A stretch of 64,000 bases of DNA, from the NCBI RefSeq assembly GCF_009914755.1, contig NC_060925.1; one strand, 5' to 3'. A model generated the notes under the pieces. That model saw nothing but the letters and a program-made list of their open reading frames with translations, was not told the origin of the DNA and searched no databases. This document shows positions 29,894 through 45,377 of the stretch, piece after piece. The position numbers were made by a program, and so were the translations under genes. This DNA is from the human T2T-CHM13v2.0 reference genome, Homo sapiens. The first letter of the stretch is position 1, and each line of letters starts with the position of its first letter.

Positions 29894-30599
29894 AAGACTC
29901 AGAGGTTTAGGGATTCACACAAGGTCACATTTCTGTTGAAACACACCACCATTGTGTTACAGGATTACACATGCAGGGACCTGAAAAACAATGGTATTTG
30001 ATTTTTAAATGAAAAATACAATGGTTATTGAGGAAAAAAATAAACTTTTCCTCCTTTGTCCTTGGAGTTATTAATATATAGCATATTTTAAAAAGATATG
30101 GGCAGAATTATAAATCTTATGGTGAATAGATAAAAGTTGTACAGCCAATAAAAATGAGATCTGGGTAACAAGGATGATGAATGTGCTGAGGTTTAAAAAA
30201 AATTCCGAAACCATAGAAACAGTTATCTTTATAATAAGAATTGTTAAATATTTATCTTTATAGTAATAAAGAACAATAAAGGAAGGACATTTTTACTTGG
30301 AGATGGTGGCATAAAGTTAACCTAAGCAGAAAAGGCAGAAACACTTGAATTTTTTTCTCTTACCTTTTTTTTTCTTCATGGAGACAATCTTTAAATGATA
30401 TAATTTGGTACTTACTTGCTTAAGATTGAATTGTGACTCAAAGTTTACAGAGGAACTATTATGGGAGCATTTAGCTGCTTTCAATGAGTTCCTAAGCCTA
30501 GACCCTGTTCAATATCATGTACTGGAACAGTTAGAAGATATAATAAAAGAATCACTTCAATAACTGTCAACTTACTGTGAAGACTTGGAGATATGCCAA

Positions 30600-30970
30600 A
30601 ACACATAAATCTGTAATGCAGAAACTACAGACAAATACATCTGAAATTTCTTCTAAACAGAAACTTGTAAAGTGGATTCTTAGAATATAGTTATTTAATA
30701 TTTAGAAAATGAAACTGATCATCACTAGGGAGCAGGAAAGGCCTACTAAATAGACTACTAGAATCAACCTTATTTAAAAATTTGAATTGCATTATCAGAT
30801 GTATACCAGGAGAGTGCTTTGTGTACTGAATATTGTGTATACACAATAACATACTGATTTGTAGTTTTTCATGGCAACGTTGTGTACTAAATGAAGAAAT
30901 GTTGACTAACTAGAATTTTCACTTGGATTCAGAACTTATTGACCAATCGTTCAAAGAATGGCTGCTAATT
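30600..30970 (+). mobile_element. Highly decayed CR1/L3-like LINE reverse-transcriptase fragment
   Basis: 'aactacagacaaatacatctg' = NYRQIHL (cf. NYRPISL) and, ~300 nt later, 'tggattcagaacttattgaccaatcgt' = WIQNLLTNR (cf. WIxNWLxxRxQRV), in the expected order. Confidence 0.55.
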
Positions 30971-30994
30971 TTGCTATTAATATTTAGTTTTGGA

Positions 30995-31210
30995 ACAGTG
31001 AAGTTGGTATGGTTTTGATATCAGATCTGGGTTCAAATCCCTGCTGTTTCTAAGTGAACCGTTATACTTAGTTTTATGTAGTTTCCTACACTACAAAAAG
31101 CAAAGAAAAAATAATACTTATTTAATAGTGTTGTGATGACTAGATTAAATAAAGTATGTCAAAGAGCTTTATAAATTATTATGCCTTAGATAAATTCTAG
31201 TTATTATTGT
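30995..31210 (+). mobile_element. MIR
   Basis: 'tcagatctgggttcaaatccctgct' through 'gagctttataaatt'. Confidence 0.65.
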
Positions 31211-31411
31211 ATTTCAGCCAAACTGTGTTTAAATTTCCAATTATGAGAAAGTCTAAATCTGGACTATGTTTCTGCTTATCTATTTATGTCAGAATAAAAG
31301 TACAAAATAGTCTCCATCATTAGAGAAAGTTCAATACTTTGCTAAATTAAAAACTCATTTATTTTTAGAGCAGGTACAAAATTATTTGAGCTGATTATTA
31401 AGGCTGCTTCG

Positions 31412-31624
31412 ACAAGGGCACAGCAAACTTGGACGATGGGCTAAACCTAGTTCACCATCTACTTTGCAGTTTTATTGGAGCACAGTCATGTCCATTCACT
31501 GATGTATTGTCTATAATTGCTTCCAAGCTATGACGGCAGAGTTAAGTGGTTGTGACAGAGACCGTATAACCCACAACATGCAAAAGATCTGGTGCTTTAT
31601 AGGAAAAGTTTGCTGACATCTTGA
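31412..31624. mobile_element. MER58A (hAT-Charlie MITE)
   Basis: TIR-like 'cagcaaactt' / 'aagtttgctgac'; internal 'gttttattggagcacagtcatgtccattca', 'ggcagagttaagtggttgtgacagagaccgta'. Confidence 0.88.
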
Positions 31625-32237
31625 CCTACACAAAAATGTCTATAGTGTGTAGCCATACCTAATCATATGTGGGGAGGATATGTTTAGCAAAGATAAGGCA
31701 ATTCTGGAGTTTACCAATTACAGTAATCAGAATGAAAGTCCAAATACTATAAAGACTGTGTGCATTTTGTCTAATAAAGTCACAAGGGAGTTATTAATTT
31801 TTGTAAGCTCATAGAGAGTATAACACAAAGAATAGGGCTTTGGAGCACAATTTTAAAAAGTCTTTGGTATTGGAATTCCAGGAGCTGGCCTGAAGAACTT
31901 CTTGGGAATAAAGACTCCAAAGAGAAGCTGAGTGTTGCTTTGGGACTGCCTGGCTGGAACTTCCCTGTTTTACTTTGATGTATGTACTGGACCAATGCTA
32001 TCATGAATCCAATCATTCCTGAGAGCTGAGGAAATTCTCTCTGAAGTTTCCAGAAGCTATAAGCATTATGCTGCTGAAAAACGCATTATTTCCAGTAGTA
32101 GTTGCTTTGTGCTAAGAACCTGGCAGAATGAACTTTGTGTAGTAGTTTGGCTCAGCCACTTTTGAAACAGGCAATTGCCTTTACTAAAATAGGGACCAAT
32201 GCCCTCCTTTGCCCCACATTTACACTAGATCCAAATT

Positions 32238-32582
<345 letters not shown>

Positions 32583-32963
32583 GTGGATTTCTGTTTCAGT
32601 GGTCAAGGTTAAATGAAGACATTAATAAATGGTATTTTGTAAGATTTCAGACTGATCAGAGATGGTGGTCTGGATGATGCTGGAAGCTCAGCCATAGTAA
32701 TGTTGTTAATGGTGGGCTCTACTCATTAGTTAGAGCCAGTGGACTGCTAAGTTATGATAATAAAAACTCTAATATTGAACTTACTATTTATTTGAGGGCT
32801 GAGTAAGTCTTTGATAAATTTTGTAAGTTTATGATTTGGGCTGGTGGAAATAAATTATGAGTAGGATATCTATCTATATTACTCTTCTAGAGGTGAGATG
32901 AACTGAATTGTATGAAGGGAAAAAGGACAGCTAGAAGTAGTCTTTAGAAAGCTACTGAAGCTT

Positions 32964-33328
32964 TGATATGATTTGGCTGTGTCCCCACCCAAATCTCACC
33001 TTTAATTGTAGCTCTCATAATCCCTAAGTGTTGTGGGAGGGAGCTGGTGGGAGGAAATTGAATCATGGGGATGGGTTTTTCCCCATGGTGTTCTTATGAT
33101 AGTGAGTAAGTCTCATGAGATCTGATGGTTTTATAAAGGGCAGTCCCCTTACACACGCTCTCCTGCCTATTGCCATGTAAGACATGACTTGCTCTTTCTT
33201 CACCTTCCGCCATGATTGTGAGGCCATCCCAGACATACTGAACTCTTGAGTCAATTAAACCTCTCTCCTTTATACATTACCCAGTCTCTGATATGTCTTT
33301 ATTAGCAGCATGAGAATGGAGTAATATA
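32964..33328 (+). mobile_element. THE1B-type solo LTR
   Basis: 'tgatatgatttggctgtgtccccacccaaatctca...cagcatgagaatggagtaatata' with a perfect 5-bp TSD AGCTT (32959-32963 / 33329-33333). Confidence 0.95.
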
Positions 33329-34849
33329 AGCTTTCTCTAGTAAGTTGAACTAGGTCTCTAGAAATATGTGCATATTTCCTAATCTTAAGTAGAGCATAGA
33401 TAACCTTAAACTAAATCATAGAGGTTTAGAGTTTGGAACATTTGCAATAATTTATTTCCATCTTTTCCAACTTTAACCCCATTTTGTAGATTATAAAAAA
33501 CTGAGGAAGATGAAATGATTTTGCTATTGTCATACATCGAGTTTCTGTAAGAACACAGATTAGAACTTGACCCTTTGGTGTAATGCCGTTTCCTCTATAC
33601 AACATTCCAAAGCTAATTGAGAGGGAGTGTGCCTGTGAAGGAATTCAGCTAATGGGGTATGAACTGAGGGAACCAAGTTGTGTTAAGTGAGCATGGCCAA
33701 TACTGAGGATGCCTGAGGCTGAGTACTGAGGAAATGACAGTTTGAAATGGATCTGAGAGGAAAATTATTGCCATGGCAGAAACAATGTGGACAACTTTAT
33801 GCTGGTGACTAATTATAACTAGAAGATTTTAAGAAGTCATTTTAATTAGCAAGTCCTTAACAGTCTAATGAGAAAAGTGAATGCTAATAAGCATGTCTGA
33901 CATCCTAGACCCTGTCAAAATCCTGTCAGGAATGTGGCGAGTGGTGCTCCCGACAGGGAGGCAGTGAATGAACGACACAGGCTGACAGGGCAGGCCTCTT
34001 AAAGGGCACACACTTTTAGCGACTGATTTTTGAATAGAAGAGAAGACACAATATGAGGACATTTGGAATTTGAGTGGGGGGATTGGAATATAATCATCAT
34101 TTAACTTAATAATTTATCTATGTTATTACAGGTGAACAAACAATTTCACATGCGTTTATAAACTGTGGGAAGTCTCTCTCTAACCTGTGTAGGAAGATTT
34201 CTGGTTCCAACAAGGATGATGCCCTCTTCTCTCAAATTAATCCTGGAGAAAAGAAAAAAAATTAACAGAAGTGAAACATGAATTCTAACAATGAATAAAA
34301 CCAACCAACAGACTTTGGGAACACCCTGAGGGTACAGAAGACTATTTGCACTTGCGTGTGTCAGTTTCAGCCAGGGGAAGAAGGTGGCCCAAGGTGGCAG
34401 TGGAGCTTTCTGGATTCTGCTCTTGTCCTTCTCTGGCTTTACTTCAAGACAGCCATCACTCGCCTCTTCACTGCAGAGGTGACCCAGGATCACAGAGAGG
34501 CTGCATAAATATTGCTGAGGGAGGAGTTAATGAAAACAAGGGCTTCTGGACCCATTTGCCTTACCCCTACCCTTCAGACCCACAGGGCTCGTGGATTAAA
34601 ATCTAGGGAGGCTACCTTCTCATAATGCATCTTCTCCTTAAGGTTTAAGGTCAAGACCTGAGCAATAGAGTTACATGATGGGTTCCTACAAATCAGGGTA
34701 ATTCACAGTGGTTTGGTGATGTCTGGGATTTCCACATGGAGGCTCATTCTCTCTTTATTAACTCACTTAAACTGGGCAGGGTAGCTGGTATCCTCACGGG
34801 AAGACTTCTGGGCTAAAATGACCAGACATCTAAGGGGTACATGCATTCT

Positions 34850-37740
34850 CTGAAACGGAAATATTAGAAGTGGACTAAGAATTTAAAATAAATATGATAG
34901 AAACACTTAAGCTGATAAGGGAAAATACTAGCAGTGTAAGACAAAGCAATGACAACAAGTGGAATAATAAAATATGGCTTAAAAGGAAGAAAAATATATA
35001 GGAGGACAGATATAACTGAAAAAATAAATTAATGCAGTAGAACAGTTAATTGAGAAATTCTTCCAGAAGGCAGCAGGAATGTATATAAAAAAGAAAATAA
35101 ATAGAGAAATTTAAAAAGCTAACAGGCATGGTGGATAGAAGTGCCAATATCTAGTATTAGAACACTCAGAAGGAAAGTGGAGATATATGGAAGGAAATAA
35201 TCTGGAGAAAGAATAGAGGTAATTACTCCTACTTAAAAAAAAGACAGAAGACTTCAGTTTGAAAGGGCTAATGAATTGTCAAACATAAAAGAAAAGGAAA
35301 ACCCACCCTACACATTATGATAATATCTAAGAACATCAAGTACAAAGAAAAAGTTCTACAAGTTGCCAGAAAGTGAAGATTAACTAAAATAAACAAGAAT
35401 GAGATTGGTATCAGATTCCTTAACAGCAACACGGTGTGAGAAGCCAGTGAAGCAGTCCTTTTAAAATACTGAAAGAAAATAACATTGAACATAAAGCTTT
35501 ACATCTAATAAAATTGCCATTTGATTGTGAAGGGTAATAAAAATATTCCCAGGTATGGAAGGTCTCAAATTTTTGTTTTATGAAAGGATACATTGAAAAT
35601 GTTTTGGGGAAAGTACTGTTTAGAAGTAAATATACTCAGATATACTCAAGTATATTTAGAAGTAAATATACTTAAGATATATGCTGAAAGAGAGAAGGAG
35701 AAAGTATTTTGGGATTCTAGACAATATCAACATGATGTAGGATGTGGATCATAGGACACTAAGGGACCACGGAACCTGTCAGACCACTTCTATGTTTAGG
35801 GAGAAGACACAGATCTTGACAGACTGATTGTATTAGTTTGCTAGGGCTGCCATAACAAAGTACCACAGGCTGACTGGTTTAAATGACAGAAGTTTATTTT
35901 CTCACAATTCTGGAGGCCGTAAGTCCAGATCAAGGTCTTGGCAAGGTGGGTTTTCCCTGAGGCCTCCCTCATTGACTTGTAGTTGGCTGTCTTTTTCCTA
36001 CGTCTTCACAGACATGCATCTGTATCCTAATTTCTTTTTATAAAGACACTAGTTATGTTGGATCAGGACTCATCCTAACAACCTTATTGTAACTTAAAAA
36101 TCTCTGTATAGACCCTATCCCCAAATATAGTCACATTCTGAGGTACAGGGGTTAGGACTTCAGCATACGAATTTTGAGGGGACACCATTTAGCCTGTAAC
36201 ACTGATGTCTTCCAAACCCATGCCCATAAGCATACTAACCAGTGATCATTCTGATTTTCTGTTGGTCAGTGTCAGTGACGTTTTCAATTGTTATATAGTA
36301 CTTTGAATACCACATCTAGATATTGCTAAGTTTAAGAAACAAATAAGGACCAGTAATGATACATATCTTATCACTATAAGAACAAAAATAGAACACATAG
36401 CTTTTAAACCAGAAGAGAAAATAAGTTGGTCTATTCAATAGAAAATAGGAAAGAGAAAAAGAAGGCAAAACATGCAGTAAATGAAAAATATAAAATGAAA
36501 GACCAAATAGCAATTTTAAAAATTACATTAAATATAATGAGTTAAACACTTTTGTTGAAAGAAACAGATTAGATTTTTTAAGAAATGAAACAATATGTTG
36601 AGTCCCAAAGATAAATTAAGATAAAGGACATAGAAAGTTAAAAAAAATAAAAAAGATATTTGGAAAATATAAATTGAAAGAAATTTGGGGTAGACATCTT
36701 AATAGCTGACAAAATAAAATTGAAAAACCAAAAATTTTAATAGGGACAAAGCAGGATGCTATATACAGTAAAGGAGCAATAGAATAAAAAGATACAACCA
36801 TTTTAATCTGTTACGCACCTAATCACACAGCTGTAAATAATATCAAAAACCAACCAGCAGAATTTTAGGAAGAAATAGATAAATCAACAGGTGTGGCTGG
36901 AAATTTCATACTCACCCCTCAAGAAACCATAAATCAAGCATACACACATACATACACACAAATAAGCAGCAGGATCAAGACCTGAACAGTAAAATATAAT
37001 AAATTAGCTCATGCTAATATATCTAAATATATATGCATACACTTATGTATCCAACAGAGAATACACATCATTTTCAAGCACACATGGAACATTTATAACA
37101 ATAAACTATAAATCAATTTCACCAAGTTCTTTGAGCATAATGCAGTAAAATTAAACATAAATTACAAAAAGTCACTAAAACATATCTCATATATTTGAAA
37201 GCTAAATATTTCAAAATAATTCATATGTTAAAATTTGTGAATATAGTTAAGCAGAAAAAATTTATAGCTTCAAAAATAACATGAAATAATAAAGTTTTAA
37301 AAGAAATGAACTAACTTCAGCTAGTGAAGTGGGAAAAATAGCAGTGACAAAACCAAAGAAACAAGAAGGAAGGAAATGATAAAGATAAAGCTGGAAATGA
37401 TGAAGACAAAGGTAGACAAAGACAATCAAGAACAGAAGAACAATACAGGAGATTAACAAAACCAAAAACTGATTCTTTGAGAAGATTAACAAAGTAGACC
37501 TCTGATAAGATTAATGAAGATAAAAGAAGAAGCAAATAAACAAGGCACATAATGAAAGAGTGACATCACTACAGATACAACAAAGATTTGAAACAGATAA
37601 CTTTAAGATTTTAGATGAAATACATTCCTAGAAAATATGAAATGCCAAAAATTGTCACAAGAAAACATGAATAAATAAAATAAATAATAAGCTGATATGG
37701 TTCTTAAATAATTATCCAACATCAATAGCAACAAACAAAA
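34850..37740 (+). mobile_element. Very old L1 (L1ME-type) ORF1 and ORF2-endonuclease relic
   Basis: A-rich sense L1 motifs: 'agaatacacatcattttcaagcacacatggaacattta', 'aaaactgattctttgagaagattaacaaa', 'gacatcactacagat'. Confidence 0.8.
35829..36201 (-). mobile_element. MLT1B-type solo LTR nested in the old L1
   Basis: Complete TG...CA LTR with a perfect TSD CTGAT (35824-35828 / 36202-36206). Confidence 0.92.
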
Positions 37741-37744
37741 GTCC

Positions 37745-38296
37745 CAGGTTCAATTGTTCCAGCCCCTGTTGTTGAATAGTTTATCCTTACCCCATTGAAT
37801 TGCCTTGGCACTTTTATTGAAAATCCGTGAACTATAGGCTGGTTGCGGTGGCTCATGCCTGTAATCCCAACATTTTTGGAGGCTGAGACAGGCAGATCAC
37901 TTGCAGCCAGGAGTTTGAGACCAGCCTAGTCAAAATAACGAAACCCCCATCTCTACTAAAAATACAAAAATTAGCCAGGTGTGATGGCACATGCCTGTAA
38001 TCCCAGCTACTCGGGAGGCTGAGGCACAAGAATCACTTGAACCCTGGAGGTGAAGATTGCAGTGAGCCAAGATCATGCCACTGACCTTCTGCCTGGGTGA
38101 CAGAGTGAGACTGTCTCAAAAAGAAAGAGAAGGAAGGAAAGAAAGAAAGAAGGAAGGAAGGAAAGAAAGGAAAAGAGAAGAAAAGAAAAGAAAATTAATT
38201 GACTATAACTTAAGGGTTTATTTCTGTGTCATTGGTGTTTATTATCTATCTTTATGGCAGTACTGTCTTGACTCTTGTAGCTTTATTGTCTTCTGA
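37745..38296 (-). mobile_element. Antisense L1 ORF2 fragment split by an Alu
   Basis: 'cccattgaattgccttggcacttttattgaaaatc' continues after the Alu as 'ttgactata...gggtttatttctg'. Confidence 0.7.
37837..38194 (+). mobile_element. Alu (older S/J type) with (GAAA/GGAA)n tail
   Basis: Full Alu at 37837-38117 with a purine microsatellite tail to ~38194. Confidence 0.95.
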
Positions 38297-38687
38297 GATA
38301 CTGGGAGACTTCGATGGTGGGTGAAAAAGTTATAAGTAGGAGAACAAAAGGGATGGCTGGGGTTGCTCTTCCGATCTCCTTCTCTCTCTCCTTGGATCCC
38401 TGGATCTAGTCACAAAAGGTAGGTCTCGGATTGGCTCATGAGCTCTCCTGGGCTTCTGAGAAGCTGACATAGGTCTCAGGGGAAGGAAAAGGGCAACTTT
38501 TGTAGCAATAAGTATGAAGAGTTATGAGGGAGGAGCAACTGGTATGGCAGGGGTGGTTCTCCCATATTAGAGAGAACCAGGAAGCCACATTTCCATGGAA
38601 ACGTCTCAGGTTAGTGATGGAGAGCACTATTTGTGGTAGATGTAAGTAATATTTACCATCACATTTAAGCAAGTAAGCCAATGAGAC

Positions 38688-39320
<633 letters not shown>

Positions 39321-39984
39321 TAGCTTCAGAGGTCTTGCAACTCTACCCCCAATATTAAAAAAGCAAGGCTATGTCCTACTGCTGCTAAAAGTCTCCAGGC
39401 TCCTTCTCTCTTCCACCTCCTTCCTCTGCTTTCCTTCCTTTCTGCCTGTCTACTTGTGTTATTCCCCAAAGGGTCTGCATTAGTTACTGAAGGAAACACA
39501 TACTTCTCATTCCCTGCTAGTAGCGATTACCACAACTGAAGTTCTAACTCCTGTCTTGCTGGAGTCTGCGCATGACCTTTAAAAAGGTAGTGCCTTTTAA
39601 AAATGTTTTAAAATCTTTTTGTGGGGCTTTTCCCACTGGAGTCACTACCTGCTCTAGAAGCAGAGTGGCTATTGATTTTGTTTCCTAACAGTGATTCTCC
39701 AACTTGTTCCAGGGGCTCTGCCTTGGTGAGGGTCAGAACATGGAAGCCTTGGTGAGACTGGTGCTTTTTGTGGACCAGTGTCAGATGACTGACATATTTG
39801 TTTCCATTCTGTGATTGAGGAACAGCTTCAGCAGAAGACAACGTGACTGGCTTATATGTATGTAGCATAAAATCACAATCATAAGCACAAATTTCCACCA
39901 ACTGAACAAGCCATTGAACTGATTGAAATTATCTGCACACTTTTTATGGGGGAGCTCTCATTAATATTTAGTAAAATAAATAAT

Positions 39985-40225
39985 AACACAATATTTATTG
40001 GTTATTTTCTTCTATGCTACACACTATGCTAAGTACTTTACCTGTATTATGTAATTTAATATTCACAACAATGTTGTGAAATAGATTTATTGCCTCTATT
40101 TTACAAGTGAAACAACTGAGGCTTATAAAGTTTATGTAATTTGTCCAAGGTCTTGGAGCTAATGCATGGCAGAGCTGAGGCTTGAAATCTGGTCTACCAT
40201 CAACGAGGCCTACTCCTTAAGCATA
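39985..40225 (-). mobile_element. MIR, near full length
   Basis: 'tattttacaagtgaaacaactgaggct...ttgtccaaggtc...ggcagagctgaggcttgaa'. Confidence 0.85.
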
Positions 40226-41421
40226 GTGTTTGTGATGTTCTTGGATGAAGGCAGAAACTCACATTTGACTTAGCAGGAAACAAACAAACTGAAGTGGATT
40301 TTTCTGTGATGGTTTTTATTCCTCACTTTTATTATTGGTCTTCATGGAGAGAATAAAGTGCTATGGATAGCTTGTGAAGCTATTGCCTGGAAAATTTCTT
40401 TCAAGATTCTTGAAAGAAATTTTCAAGAATCTATCATCTTGAGCAAATCATTTTTAGAAAATGTCTGGTTTTGGGGAATCTTTTATGGAAATATACTTTG
40501 CCTCTGACCATATAAGCTTTTGATTGCTGTGGGGCAGGACAAGACTGGTAAGCCAAGAAACCCGTCATTTATCCCTTTGCTGAGTGTCCTTCCTTCTCTT
40601 GCTGGTTGCAGGAAGCCACTGGGGACTAGACTGGCCTGTAGACAGTCTAAACGAAGGCATCACTGCCAGGATTTTGTCCTCTGGGAACAGACGATGCTGC
40701 TGTGTTTGCCAAAGGAAGACAGCTCCAAGTGTCTCTGTTTTCAGGCTTCCCTCAGTTTTCAAATAAGTATAATTTTCAAACCTGCGTTGCATTCCAAAGA
40801 ACTTTTTTTTTCAGGAATGCTTTTGTACTTAACACCTCTGTGAACTCTGTGACCATACACCCTCATCTGGAAGGTCTATTTAGAGGTGGCTGAGTAGCCT
40901 GCCAAATTCAGCCTCTGAACCCTATCATTTCTGTATTATAAATGCTTTCCCCCACCCCATCCCCCGACAGCTGGAATTAAATGTTCAGAGGCATTTGGAT
41001 TAGATTTGAATTGCTTGGTCAAATCTCAGTCACCTCTTCACAGACAGACAGAATTTCTAACCTGGGAAAAGGTATTAGTTTGAGCTCAGAGAATCAACTA
41101 AAGAGAGATCCTTTAAGCACAATATTCCCAGTTAGAATAAGGTTCAGCTAGCTGTCTTGAGGAACGCATGAGCTCATCATAGTGTTGCCTAACAAAGGCT
41201 GTTATTTAGAGTGCTCTCGGCAGATATTTCCCCATGAGGAAAGCTTTTCTTTTAGTATCGTCCCAAGTAAAACTTTTTGAGGTTAATTGTCAAATTCAAA
41301 CATACAGTGATACTAATTCTCCATCGTGGCCACAATATGTGGTTTCTGGGCATATGTCAGAACACTCTCTTAAGGCATTGATTTATTTGTCCATCAGTAA
41401 AAATGTGTTGAATTTCATGGT

Positions 41422-41903
41422 TATTTTGTTTTTTCTGTCTGCTCAGTACTTCTATTACTTATTGGAAAACTCCCCTCCCCAATTGTACGTGGTCTTAGTG
41501 GCCTATAGCAGTGTTTGTGACAGCTACTCCCCACCCCAGTCACAGAAATGGGTAATAATCCAGATGGGGACAATTGTGGAGGCTGACCAAGGATGAGACT
41601 GTGACTCAAGCAAGGCCAGGCTGGTAAAGAGAAGTTCACTTTCTGCTGGAAGGGTACAAATCTAGAGTTATGTATAGCCATCTTCTCTATAATATTGTGC
41701 CTGTCTGCAGAAAGAAACCAACATACAGAAGAAACAAGAGGCAAATTGTGTAGAGAGACAAAGCCTTGATTATATCATTTGGGTCTCAGAAGCCATGCCT
41801 GATCTCTTCCCAGGTATGGAGGTCAAATTCCTTTTGCTTTCTGCTTAATTGAGTTTGATTTTGGTTTCTGTTACTTTGAAGCAAAAATGTCATTATTAAT
41901 ATA
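41422..41903 (+). mobile_element. Old MLT1J/K-type LTR
   Basis: 3' end 'aaattccttttgc...gagtttgattttggtttctgttacttt...attaatata'. Confidence 0.65.
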
Positions 41904-42294
41904 CTGTATCCACTTTGTACCAGGAACTGTGTTAGGTAGTGGGGAGTCAAAGGTAGCTTAGACACTGTAATATCTTTAAGTCACAAAACTGAAGTATAGA
42001 TAGAGGGCTATGGGAAAATAGGAGAGAGAGAGAGATTGTGCTTTAGAGTTTTTGGGAGTTTTGAACATAGGAGTGAAATGGTAAGATCTGTGTTTTCACT
42101 CTGGTTATCATATGAAGAGTGGATTGGAATAGATGACCAGGTGTGGATGGCGAATTTAGGATGATAAAAGGGTTTTAAGGCTTTTGGACCAAAATGAGAT
42201 TCTAGTCATTGATAGATGGATCTATACAATATGGAGGGATCCCTCTGGTTTTAGTATCACTGGGATTATTAGAAAGTAATGTCATTTGGCTGGT

Positions 42295-42578
42295 GACAGA
42301 GTCTCACTGTGTCTCCTAGGTTGGAGTGCAATGGCACCATCTCTGCTCACTGCAACCTTGACCTCCCGGGTTAAAGCTATTCTCCTGCCTCAGCCTCCTG
42401 AATAGCTGGAATTACAGGGGCATGCCCCCACCCACACCTGGCTAATTTTTATAATTTTAGTAGAGACAGGGTTTCACCATGTTGGCCAGGCTGGTCTTAA
42501 ACTCCTGACCTCAAGCAATCTACCCGCCTCGGCCTCCTAAAGTGCTGGGATTATAGGCATGAGCCACTATGCCCAGCC
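42295..42578 (-). mobile_element. AluS lacking its poly(A) tail
   Basis: Alu body starts directly at 'gacagagtctcactgtg' with no T run; flanks tggctggt / tggctagt. Confidence 0.92.
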
Positions 42579-42918
42579 ATGGCTAGTTGTTTTAAATTTA
42601 TGTTTCATTCCTGTTCTTTAACATGGCAGTTATACAATTTGATAATAATCCTTTTTAAGCTTTCATCTATATAGATTTGTATGTAAGAATTTAAATTCTA
42701 CTATCAAGTCAAAACTGCTCTTCTCCCTGGGCATTTTCCTTGTTTTCCTCTATTGATTTCAGGCCATATGATATATATTTCTTGAGGTTTGATGATTGAC
42801 ACATACTAATCATCAAATGAAAATAACAAAAACATTGATAGCACAGGCTACATTTTACTTATTTTAGTGTCCCCAGTGCTAAGCATGTTGTCTAATTTGC
42901 AACAATTTTGAAATTAAT

Positions 42919-43434
42919 ATATTAATTTTCTGTTACTGCTGTAATAAGTTACCACAAATTTAGTGGCTCAAGACAACAAATAATTTGTTACTTTGTGGTT
43001 TTGATGGTCAAGAGTTCAACATCAGTCACAGAAGGCTAAAGTCAAGGTGTCAGCAGGGATGACTCATTCTGGAGCTGCATGGGAGAAGAAACTTCCTTGC
43101 CTTTTTCAGCTTCTAAAGGCTGCCTATGTTCCTTGGCTCTTGGCCCCTTCCTCCATTCTCAAAGCCAGCAGTATAGCATCTTCAACCTCTCTCTCTGACT
43201 TCTGCTGTCATTGCCACATGCCCTTCTCTGACCCTGATCCTCCTGCCTCCCTCCTGTTAGGACACTTGTGATTACATTGGGCCCACCTTGATAAAGCAGG
43301 ATGATCTCCTCATCTCAACGTCCTTAACTTAATCACATTTGCAATGTTCCTTTTGCCATATAAGATCATATATTCACAAGATTTAGGGGTTAAGATGTCA
43401 ATGTCTTTGGGGGGAACATTATTCCATCTACCAT
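42919..43434 (-). mobile_element. MLT1C/D-type solo LTR
   Basis: 'tgctgtaataagttaccacaaatttagtggct...cttaacttaatcacatttgca...attattccatctaccata'. Confidence 0.88.
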
Positions 43435-44218
43435 AAAAAAATTTGTTTTGTTGATACGATATTTTAATGTGAGTTGATAGGTAATTGATGGGTTATTAAC
43501 TAGGAGTCACCACGATGAGACTTCCTGATCTTAATGATCATTAAGATGTTTACAGAAGTATTTTACTCTTTACTATAGTAATGGAGGTTGTTTGGATGAG
43601 TGAAAATCCCAACTTTGAGAAGAAGATATAATGGTACAATTGCTTTTAGCAAGTAATCATATTAAAAATCATAACCTCTGGTTTAAACAATTGTTTAATC
43701 TTCCTGATTTTGATGAGATATTATTTGGTCACCCTATTCATATCCTCATAGGTCAAATATTATAATGTAGTTTTAAAAATAGTGTCCAATAATCATGGAT
43801 CTGTGAAATTTAGTCATGGTAGGACCAAGAAAATGGTATTACCATTTTCTTCTATTCTTCCATTGCTTCTTTCAAATCCTGGAGAATCTTTATAAGTTTC
43901 ACACAGTTGCTATATCTCATTAAAAAATATGTGGAAATATATTGGAAGGAGAGTTTGAATCCTGGTTACTTTCCTAAATTAGCATCAACAATTACCAAGG
44001 AGTCACTCATATTGTTAGAGGGCAGAGCAGGTAATTGTGCATCATGCACTAGGTGAACAATTAACATGTAATTTGCATAGCTTAAAATCAGATATTTTAA
44101 AAACACAAGATTTTCATTGTAAAGGGGGTAGTAAACATTATCTTTTAAATATACTGGAATTTTTATAACTAAGTACTTTGATGCATCTTCCATTCATTCA
44201 AATACTTATGAGTGTCTA

Positions 44219-44668
<450 letters not shown>

Positions 44669-44908
44669 CTAACTAGATATTATTTTAATTAAATAATCAG
44701 ATATTTATAGTTCTTTTTTCCCCCTCTCTATAAGAGAGACATACTTGAATCGGAGTTTTGGAAAAATTTCCTCCCTGGTGAAAAATTTGGGAAAATCTCT
44801 GTTATATGCTTGTAGTCAACTTGTTGGAGAAGTTGCTTTAACAACAGAAAGAGAACAATTTCAGTCCTTAAGGAGCTCATGATCTAGTTTTAAGGGACAG
44901 CCTGGTAA

Positions 44909-45336
<428 letters not shown>

Positions 45337-45377
<41 letters not shown>

